DNA from: Elusimicrobiota bacterium
GTDB lineage: Bacteria > Elusimicrobiota > Elusimicrobia > UBA1565 > JACRDR01
Direction of reading: 5' to 3'
DNA length: 40,737 bases
NCBI GenBank assembly: GCA_016207565.1
Contig: JACQPK010000125.1
Location: 1-40,737, forward strand
Of the stretch, positions 6,002 to 12,646 are shown piece by piece. The notes below the pieces were generated by a model. It was not told where the DNA came from. It saw nothing but the letters and a program-made list of their open reading frames with translations, and searched no databases. Position 1 is the stretch's first letter, and every line of letters begins with the position of its first letter. The translations under genes and the position numbers were made by a program.

Positions 6002-6624
6002 GCCTCGCGCCCCTCGGGGTCGTCCTCGTGTTGGCTCGAGCCTACGCCGGCCCGGCGGCTCGTCCCGACGGCGATCCGCCCGGCCACGGCTCCCAGAGGC
6101 TCGCGACGGACGCGACCCAGATGGCCCACATCCAGTTCAACGGGGATGCCTGCGTCGTCGCCGCGGAGGTCGTGGCCATGAGGCGGCCGGACCCGGCGTT
6201 GCCCATGGAGGACAGCTTCTCGTTCTCGCTCCGTTCGCCGATGCTCAACAAGGTGCGCTGGGACCTCCGGATCTGCCTTCCCGCGGCCGCGAGCCCGGTC
6301 GATCCGAGATGCAAGGGGGAGTGGGAGTCTTCCCAGGCCAAGGCCGACGGGCCCGTGAAGTGCCTCCCCGGCCGGCCTGCCGACACCGGCGAGGTGCTCG
6401 CCGTCGCGGCGAAGCACGGGCTGCCGAAGCCGCCGGTGGACGGGCTGCGCCTCGCGCTCCGCGCCGTGCCGAAGAGCGGCAAGGGCATGGCGCGCGATCC
6501 GAAGCTCAAAGGCAAGACGGTATGGCTCGTCGAGTCGCGCGACCAGTGCCAGGCCTTCGACGCGGCGACCCTCGCGCCGCTTTACAAGGGCGGCTGTGGG
6601 AAGCTCGGTTGGCCTGAGAAGTAG
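5998..6624 (+). CDS. Secreted hypothetical protein (208 aa, 6 Cys)
   Basis: ATGA overlap with the deaminase gene. The signal peptide is MSLAPLGVVLVLARAYAG. I recognise no domain. Confidence 0.65.
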   Translation: MSLAPLGVVLVLARAYAGPAARPDGDPPGHGSQRLATDATQMAHIQFNGDACVVAAEVVAMRRPDPALPMEDSFSFSLRSPMLNKVRWDLRICLPAAASPVDPRCKGEWESSQAKADGPVKCLPGRPADTGEVLAVAAKHGLPKPPVDGLRLALRAVPKSGKGMARDPKLKGKTVWLVESRDQCQAFDAATLAPLYKGGCGKLGWPEK

Positions 6625-8232
6625 CTACTCGAGCTTTCGGAGCCGGCCTTCCCAGTCCATGAACTGCAGCGTGGGGCCGGTGTGGAGGAAGAGGCCCTCC
6701 GTGCCGACCTCCATGGAGTGCCACGGCGCGTAGCCGTGGCGCACGGGCCGCAGCCGGGGCAGCGCGTAGGAGCCGACCCAACCCTTCGCCCCGCCGTCAA
6801 CGACCAGCAGCCTCGACTCCGTTAGCACCCAGGCACGGTCGCCGTCGGTCCGGACGACGGCGCTGAAGGCGTCTTGTCCCGGCAGCTCCACGGGGCCGAG
6901 CGTCTTGCCCGCGGGGGTCGTCCAGCGCAGCTGCCGCTTCTCGTTCGAGTAGCTCCAGCTTCCGCCGCCCGGGATCGACGGCGCCGCTCGCCGGGGGGAA
7001 TCGTCGGACCACATCTCGTCGACGGCGACGCCCTGCCACTGGGGCTGGCGCATCCCCAAAGATACCGGGGCCCACCGCCGCCACGACCATAGGCTGACCG
7101 CGCGTCCCTTCTTCGTCAGGTACACGCTGCCCGCATAGGAGAATCGCGAGACGAGCTTCAGCCCCGAGTCCGGTTCCCCGGCCCACAGCTCGAGGAGACC
7201 GAGCCGGCCATCGGGGCGTACCAGCAGCCACAGGCGCTTGCCTTCCCATTCGATCCCGGCTTCGGCGGGCGCCGGATCGAAGCGAACGTGTCCCGGTCCC
7301 TCCCACAGGCGTTTGCGGAGCCCGTCCGGCGTCGCCCAGTAGATGCCGCCCGACACGGTCTGGAGCACCACGCCGTCGCGCGCCGCCGGCTCCGGGCTCT
7401 CCGTCCTCGCCGGGAAACCGGACGGCTGGAGGATGCGGGTCGCGCCGCCGACCCAACGATACTTCCAGAGGGCCGCGCCGGAGGCGACCAGCATGCCGAG
7501 CGCGACGGTCAGCGCGATGCGGACCGCCGCCGCCCACGACGTGCGCTCGCGGCGCTCGAGCCGCCGGGCGGTCTCGCGCAGCGCGAGCGCGCTCCCGGCC
7601 AGCGCCAGCGCCCCGCCCGCCGTCCCCCAGCCCGCGTAGGAGATGCGCCCGTGGTGGATCTCCCGCAGCGCGAAGCCGGCCTCGAGGCCCCCGAGGCACA
7701 ATCCTCCCACGAGCCCGCCGACGAGCCCGCCCACGACGCCGCTGCCCGACGCGTACGCCGCGATGAAGCTCACGAGCAGCATGTACGGCAACGTCCCGAG
7801 GAACGACAGGATGAACGGCCTCATCGCGTCGGGAGTCCACCAGCTGAAGAACCGAAATGGCGCGCTCAGCCCGCTCTCGTGGGCGCCAACCAGGCCGAGC
7901 GCCAGGATCAGGAGCCCGAGCAGGACCAATTGGATCAGGCCCGAGGCCGCGTACGCCTCCGCCCGCCGGGGCGCCGAGACCGGGAGCAGCGTCTCCGCCG
8001 CGCGCGCGTGCTCGCCCGCGAGCTGCGCCCCGGCCGCTCCGCCGAACAGGAGCGCGAAGCCGGGCAGGCCGAGAAACGCCCAGAACAGCCAGGTCGCTCC
8101 GACCGTCTGCCGGAGCTCGAACCACTCGGGCCGGACCGCGAGCGCGAAGGGGAAGGAGGCCAGGATCGTCGCCGCGAGCCCCAGGAGCACGAGGCGGTCT
8201 TGCTTCAGGTGGAGTCTGGAGAGCTCACGCAT
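6625..8232 (-). CDS. Multi-TM membrane protein with large C-terminal extracytoplasmic domain; partner of the ABC ATPase
   Basis: ORF track, 535 aa. The N-terminal half has about 6-7 hydrophobic helices, and the C-terminal half is W/G-rich and soluble. The start overlaps the end of the ABC ATPase gene. Confidence 0.75.
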   Translation of the reverse strand: MRELSRLHLKQDRLVLLGLAATILASFPFALAVRPEWFELRQTVGATWLFWAFLGLPGFALLFGGAAGAQLAGEHARAAETLLPVSAPRRAEAYAASGLIQLVLLGLLILALGLVGAHESGLSAPFRFFSWWTPDAMRPFILSFLGTLPYMLLVSFIAAYASGSGVVGGLVGGLVGGLCLGGLEAGFALREIHHGRISYAGWGTAGGALALAGSALALRETARRLERRERTSWAAAVRIALTVALGMLVASGAALWKYRWVGGATRILQPSGFPARTESPEPAARDGVVLQTVSGGIYWATPDGLRKRLWEGPGHVRFDPAPAEAGIEWEGKRLWLLVRPDGRLGLLELWAGEPDSGLKLVSRFSYAGSVYLTKKGRAVSLWSWRRWAPVSLGMRQPQWQGVAVDEMWSDDSPRRAAPSIPGGGSWSYSNEKRQLRWTTPAGKTLGPVELPGQDAFSAVVRTDGDRAWVLTESRLLVVDGGAKGWVGSYALPRLRPVRHGYAPWHSMEVGTEGLFLHTGPTLQFMDWEGRLRKLE

Positions 8233-9172
8233 GGTTGCCTCCTGCGGGAAACACTTCCTTGCCCGCGTGCCGCGACGCTATTGCGTCGCGGCCTACGGCG
8301 AGCAGGTGCTTCAAGCTTTCGTGCACGGGCATGGACTTGCGCTCCGTCCTCTCGAGGAGGCCGGAGCCGAGGATGCGCTCCTCGACCGCCTTGTCCAAGA
8401 CGACCCACTCCACGAGCGGCCCTTCGGCGCGGAGCGGCGGCACGGGCCACACGCGCGCGGCGGGCGCGTCGTCTTTGACGCGGCCGGTGATCCGGCAGGC
8501 CTCCGAGCGCAGGCGGTCCACCTCATGGCGCGCGGCGATCTCGCCGTCGGCGAGCACCCACACCTCGTCGAGGATGCCGGCCAGCTCGTCCATCCGGTGG
8601 TTGGCGACGACGATCGTGCGCCCTTCCTTCTGCAGCTCAGCCACGAGGTGGTGGAGGATGTCGTCGCGGACCAGCGTATCGAGCCCCGAGGTGGGCTCGT
8701 CGAGGAAGAAGAGCTCGGGCTCGTGGGCGGCGGCGCAGACCCACGCGAGCTTGCCGAGCGTGCCTTTGCTCGCGCCGCGCACCGGCGTCGCGAGGTCGAG
8801 CCCGAGCTGCCCGGACAACGCCATCGCCCGCGTGTTCTTCCAGGAAGGGAAAAACCGCGAGCGGAACTCCAGCACCTCGCCCAGGCTCATCAAGGAGTGG
8901 AAGGCCGGGCGTTCCGGGATATAGCCGACGTGCCGGCGGATGTCGCCCGAGCCGTCGGGGCGCCTCCCCAGCACCTCGATCGTCCCCGCGTCCGCGGCGA
9001 GGAGGTCGAGCATGAGCTGAAACAGCGTCGACTTGCCTTCCCCGTTGCGGCCGAGGAGCCCCACGACCCGCCCGCGGGGGATCGTTCCCGTGACGCCGCT
9101 CAGCACCGTCTTGGCGCCGAAGCTGCGGCGCACGCCCTCGAGCCGCACGGCCGGTGACTCATCGCGTTTCAT
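8225..9172 (-). CDS. ABC transporter ATP-binding protein
   Basis: Walker A is GRNGEGKST, Walker B is LFFLDEPTSGLD, and an H-loop NHRMDE is present. The gene overlaps the GntR gene by 14 nt. Confidence 0.9.
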   Translation of the reverse strand: MKRDESPAVRLEGVRRSFGAKTVLSGVTGTIPRGRVVGLLGRNGEGKSTLFQLMLDLLAADAGTIEVLGRRPDGSGDIRRHVGYIPERPAFHSLMSLGEVLEFRSRFFPSWKNTRAMALSGQLGLDLATPVRGASKGTLGKLAWVCAAAHEPELFFLDEPTSGLDTLVRDDILHHLVAELQKEGRTIVVANHRMDELAGILDEVWVLADGEIAARHEVDRLRSEACRITGRVKDDAPAARVWPVPPLRAEGPLVEWVVLDKAVEERILGSGLLERTERKSMPVHESLKHLLAVGRDAIASRHAGKEVFPAGGNHA

Positions 9173-9539
9173 CTTCGCCTCCCTTCACCGCACCTATCAC
9201 GTCCGAGATATCGTCCCACGACAGCCCGCCCTGGCGGGCCTGGCGCAGCGCGTCTCGCAGCCGGTCCTTCGCCTCCGCCAGCCCCTCCCGCGCCTGTCCG
9301 GGGGCGGAGCGCGCGATGTAGTTCCCGTCGCCGCGCTTGGAGTCCAGGAAGCCCTCGAGCGCGAGCTCGCGGAAGGCTCGGGCAACCGTGTTGGGGTTGA
9401 TCTTGAGGCTCACCGCCAGGCCCCGGATGGAGGGGGCCTTGTCCCCGGGGCGCAGCAGGCCCTTGGTGACCAGCCCCTTGAGGCCCCCTTTGATCTGGTC
9501 GTTGATCGGCAGCGGCGACGTCGGATCGATCTCGATCAT
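9159..9539 (-). CDS. GntR-family (YtrA-like, short) transcriptional regulator
   Basis: The winged-HTH motif is PSIRGLAVSLKINPNTVARAFRELALEGFLDSKRGDGNYIA. The start is moved to ATG 9539 (MIEIDPTSPLPI...), because the promoter/operator lies inside the longer track ORF. Confidence 0.85.
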   Translation of the reverse strand: MIEIDPTSPLPINDQIKGGLKGLVTKGLLRPGDKAPSIRGLAVSLKINPNTVARAFRELALEGFLDSKRGDGNYIARSAPGQAREGLAEAKDRLRDALRQARQGGLSWDDISDVIGAVKGGEDETR

Positions 9540-9540
9540 C

Positions 9541-9587
9541 TGTACTAGTGTGCTAGTACAGTATAGCACAGGTCCCGCGCTTGTCAA
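9541..9587 (-). promoter_or_regulatory. Sigma70-type promoter plus inverted-repeat operator of the GntR-ABC operon
   Basis: The promoter reads TTGACA (9587..9582), a 16-nt spacer, then TG-C-TATACT (9568..9560). The inverted repeat TGTACTAG-tgtg-CTAGTACA (9541..9560) overlaps the -10/+1 region and ends 2 nt from the ATG. Confidence 0.65.
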
Positions 9588-9641
9588 GACCCCTTTTCCC
9601 GAAATACCGGCGAAACAGCGGCGGACTAGACTTGTCGGGAG

Positions 9642-10133
9642 ATGCTTCTCGCCCCGCTCCTCGCTCTCGCCCTACCCTGCCTCGCCGCGGAGCCATGGAG
9701 CTTCGAACTGGGCCATGACGGCCGCGGCTCCCGCGTCGCGATGAGCTACCGGGTCCGGTGGGACCTTTCCGACGTGACGGCGGCGCCCCGGCGCCTGGCC
9801 GCCGCCGTCCGTCGCCCCGCGGCGGTGCTGGGTGGGCAAGCCAAAGGCATGCTCCACGGGATCAAGCTGAACCTCTACGGGATCCGGCTGCGGCCGTTCC
9901 GTGAGCAAGCCGCCCAGGCGCCGTCCGGCGGCGCCGGCCCGGGGGAGACTCAGACCGCGGGCGGCCGCGTCCTCGAGCGCCTGCACGCCGACGCCCGGCG
10001 GGAACTGCGCTCCTTCCTGATCCGAAGCCTTTTCGACCGTTCGCTCCCCGCGGCGGCGGGCGCCCCCTACCGCCAAAAAGAGGCCCTATTCGCGGGCCTA
10101 GTCGACTCCACCCGCTCCTGGACCGACGAGTAA
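9642..10133 (+). CDS. Small secreted protein, 'NPW' paralog 1 (unknown family)
   Basis: The signal peptide is MLLAPLLALALPCLAA. The gene shares motifs with 10260..10766 and 14645..15184: PW, MSYRVRWDLSD, LNLYGIRLRPFRE, DARREL, LFD, RQKEA. Confidence 0.75.
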   Translation: MLLAPLLALALPCLAAEPWSFELGHDGRGSRVAMSYRVRWDLSDVTAAPRRLAAAVRRPAAVLGGQAKGMLHGIKLNLYGIRLRPFREQAAQAPSGGAGPGETQTAGGRVLERLHADARRELRSFLIRSLFDRSLPAAAGAPYRQKEALFAGLVDSTRSWTDE

Positions 10134-10171
10134 GTAAAGTGGGGACCGTCCCCACTTTACTAACTTCACTT
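10131..10171 (-). repeat. Palindromic repeat, copy 2 (core 10133..10161), inverted orientation
   Basis: The reverse complement equals copy 1 over 41 nt except for the central base. It contains the TAA stop of 9642..10133. Confidence 0.9.
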
Positions 10172-10259
10172 GAAATAAACGGGCTGCCTCCCGCGTAACC
10201 TTCCTGCCGGCCGAGTGGAGCTCCTTTGGCAAGGCGGACGGGGTCGGGGGGAGGTTCGG

Positions 10260-10766
10260 ATGAAGGTTCTGCTGAAGGCCCTGGCCCTGCTCGCCGCCTT
10301 GGCCCTCCCTGCCGCCGCGCACAACCCCTGGGAGCTCCACATCCGCCACGGGTTCCGGGAGACCGGCGTGACGATGAACTACAGCGTCCGCTGGAGCTTC
10401 TCCGACCTCAAGCGGCCGCCCCGGCCCTCGGCGGGAGGGGAGCTGCGCGACATCATCCGCTCCGTGCGCCTCGACCTCTACGGGGTGAAGGTGAAGCCGT
10501 TCCGGGACCTGGCGCGCGCGATGCCCGCGGCTTCGGCCTCCGCGGCGGCTCCGGTCGCCGCCGGCGCCCCGGCGCGCCGCGCGCGGCTCGAGCTGGCGCC
10601 CGTGGTGGAGAACCTTCGCCGCGACGCCCGGCGCGAGGCGAAGACGTGGCTCGTGACGACGCTCTTCGACGCGGCGATCCCCCACGCCAGCCACGCGCCG
10701 CGCTGGCAGAAGCACGCGGTCGCGGATGACTTGGTGGCCGCGGCCCGCGTCTGGACGGCGGATTAA
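10260..10766 (+). CDS. Small secreted protein, 'NPW' paralog 2
   Basis: ATG 10260 has GGGGGGAGG 6 nt upstream. The signal peptide is MKVLLKALALLAALALPAAA. Family motifs are NPW, MNYSVRWSFSDLK, LDLYGVKVKPFRD, DARREAK, LFDAAIP, WQK. Confidence 0.8.
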   Translation: MKVLLKALALLAALALPAAAHNPWELHIRHGFRETGVTMNYSVRWSFSDLKRPPRPSAGGELRDIIRSVRLDLYGVKVKPFRDLARAMPAASASAAAPVAAGAPARRARLELAPVVENLRRDARREAKTWLVTTLFDAAIPHASHAPRWQKHAVADDLVAAARVWTAD

Positions 10767-11944
10767 GGTTTCTGGTCGGCGGGGAAGTCGGTCAGGAGCT
10801 CGATCAGCGGCTGGCCGCCGAGGCGCAACGCGTCGTAGAGCTCTCCGGCCGTCACCGTGTTCGTCGCGTCCCGCCAGCCCGGCTTCATGCAGGCGACGTG
10901 CGTGATCCGCGTGTCCGGCCCGAGGATCCCGCTCCCGGAGGGCTGAAGGGAGATCGACTGGGACCAGTAGCGCTTATTCTTGATGTCGGGGTCGTTCTCA
11001 TGAGGGGTGTACAACCACGGCGTGCCGCCCCCGCCGGCGCCGACGCCGGTGACGCGCGTGGCCGGGATGTGGATCGTCTTCTCGACGCCGACGAGCGCGC
11101 GCGGCTGCGACAAGACGAGCTCGCAGACGATCTCGCCCCGGCGCGCGGCGGCGACGGCCCCGAGCTCGTCGACGACGGCCCCGCGGTGGAAGTAGAAGCG
11201 CTGGTACTTCCCGTCGGGGTGCACCGTCTCGTTGGCGTTGTACGCCTGCGCGACGGCGAGGCTGAACGGGCGGACATTCGCGAAGAGCGTCGGCCTCCGC
11301 GGGATGAATTCGCCGGCCTTCGCGTTGGGGCCGAAGTAGGCGACGGCCACGACGACGTCCTCCCGCAGCGGCCTCGGGGCAGTGAGCCCGAGATCGACGG
11401 CCTTTAGGGGCGCGAACGCCGAGCGGTACACGACCTTGCCGGCATCGAAGTCGGCCCGAGAGGCCACCGCGCAGGTCATCCCCTGCTCGGCGTCCCCGCT
11501 CCCGGACTGCTGCAGGCAGAACGCGAGCGCGAGCGTCCCGGCGTCGAACGCCGCCCGATGTCCCGCCAGGCCCGGCCGGCCGAACAGCTCGGCGTCGACG
11601 TCGAACTCCGCCTCCTTGGGTCCGGCGGCAGGACGTTTATCCTGGGGCTGGTCGAAGTAGTGATGGTAGCAGGGCGCGTCGAACCAGAGACCGAAGCCGA
11701 GCGCCTTCCCCTGCGGGCCGTCCTGCGGCTTCGCCCCGTCGAGCTCCTCCTGCTTATGCCGGTAGAGCTGCAGCCGGCAGGGGATCTCGTTGGGCATCTC
11801 GACGCGGACGACGCGCCGGCCCGCGTCGACTTTGACCGAGACGGCGACGTTGTTGCCCGCGTGGCTCCACAACATCCCGATGATGCCGGCGAAGGCCGGC
11901 GAGGGGCCGGCCAAGAGGACGGACAATAGGGCGACTCGACGCAT
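10763..11944 (-). CDS. Secreted hypothetical protein (393 aa)
   Basis: ATG 11944 has GGAGG upstream. The signal peptide is MRRVALLSVLLAGPSPAFA. I recognise no domain. The track N-terminal extension is Arg-rich. Confidence 0.7.
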   Translation of the reverse strand: MRRVALLSVLLAGPSPAFAGIIGMLWSHAGNNVAVSVKVDAGRRVVRVEMPNEIPCRLQLYRHKQEELDGAKPQDGPQGKALGFGLWFDAPCYHHYFDQPQDKRPAAGPKEAEFDVDAELFGRPGLAGHRAAFDAGTLALAFCLQQSGSGDAEQGMTCAVASRADFDAGKVVYRSAFAPLKAVDLGLTAPRPLREDVVVAVAYFGPNAKAGEFIPRRPTLFANVRPFSLAVAQAYNANETVHPDGKYQRFYFHRGAVVDELGAVAAARRGEIVCELVLSQPRALVGVEKTIHIPATRVTGVGAGGGGTPWLYTPHENDPDIKNKRYWSQSISLQPSGSGILGPDTRITHVACMKPGWRDATNTVTAGELYDALRLGGQPLIELLTDFPADQKP

Positions 11945-11975
11945 GGGAAAGCCTCCGCGCCGGGTTAATGGGCTC

Positions 11976-11984
11976 AGGATAGCA
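11976..11984 (-). promoter_or_regulatory. Extended -10 (TGC-TATCCT) for 10763..11944
   Basis: The minus strand reads gTGcTATCCT. It lies about 30 nt upstream of ATG 11944, and the leader contains GGAGG. Confidence 0.4.
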
Positions 11985-12021
11985 CGCGCGCGCGCCCGGC
12001 CGTGAGGGCCGAAGGACCTCC

Positions 12022-12050
12022 CGCGCCTAGGACTCGCGCCTAGGACTCGC
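12022..12050. repeat. Tandem 13-bp direct repeat (2.2 copies) immediately upstream of a -35 box
   Basis: CGCGCCTAGGACT occurs at 12022..12034 and again at 12035..12047, followed by CGC. Each unit contains the CCTAGG palindrome. Confidence 0.85.
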
Positions 12051-12079
12051 TTGACGATGACTCGGGGGGCTGGTAGCAT
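12051..12079 (+). promoter_or_regulatory. Sigma70-type promoter, leaderless (TTGACG-17-TGG-TAGCAT)
   Basis: TTGACG is at 12051..12056 and TAGCAT at 12074..12079, preceded by TGG. GTG 12086 lies 6 nt downstream. Confidence 0.6.
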
Positions 12080-12085
12080 TCGGCG

Positions 12086-12646
12086 GTGGTCACTCTCCGA
12101 GCAGCCGTCGCCGGAGCGTTCGTCTGCCTGGCCGCGACGGCGTGGTCCGCGGAGTGGGCCGAGATCGGCTCGACCGGCTGGCGCTGGCGGTTGCCCAAGG
12201 CGTTCAATCCGCTGCGGATCGGGTCCGACAACGAAGAGTGGCGACGCACGCAGAGCGTCGACGGCCGCATCGTCGAGCGCCTGAAGGTCACGTGGGTCAA
12301 GACCGGCTGGCGGCGGGGGCAGCCGTATCCCGCGACGTGCCCGCCGGGCTTGCGCGCGGCCCGTCCGGCGATCGAGTGGAAGCGGAACGCGCTGCAGACG
12401 TGGCGCTACGAGTGCGGAGCCGTCGAGCGGAATTTCGACGGCGGCCGGTACTCGGGGAAAGGCCCCGTCTACGTCAGCGACGTCGTCATCACGGGCTCCC
12501 AGGGAAAGCCGATCGAGGTGCTGCGCGCGAGCTTCCAGTTGGAATGGTCGCAGGTGAAGGAGCGGAAGCGGGTCCGGATGACGGCTCAGGCGGGCATGCG
12601 CGACTTCGAGCGCTCTTTTCCGACGTTTGAGCGCAATCCGCGCTGA
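12086..12646 (+). CDS. Secreted hypothetical protein (186 aa)
   Basis: ORF track, GTG start. The signal peptide is VTLRAAVAGAFVCLAATAWSA. I recognise no domain. Confidence 0.7.
   Translation: MVTLRAAVAGAFVCLAATAWSAEWAEIGSTGWRWRLPKAFNPLRIGSDNEEWRRTQSVDGRIVERLKVTWVKTGWRRGQPYPATCPPGLRAARPAIEWKRNALQTWRYECGAVERNFDGGRYSGKGPVYVSDVVITGSQGKPIEVLRASFQLEWSQVKERKRVRMTAQAGMRDFERSFPTFERNPR

Noticed and set aside
6622-6627. Palindromic back-to-back stop codons at convergent gene ends: TAGCTA 6622..6627, TTAA 10763..10766, TGATCA 12644..12649 and CTAG 29839..29842.
   Set aside because: These are real. They are most simply a by-product of genome compaction, because stop codons read on both strands form palindromes. 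There is no extended symmetry or conservation around them to suggest a dedicated element.
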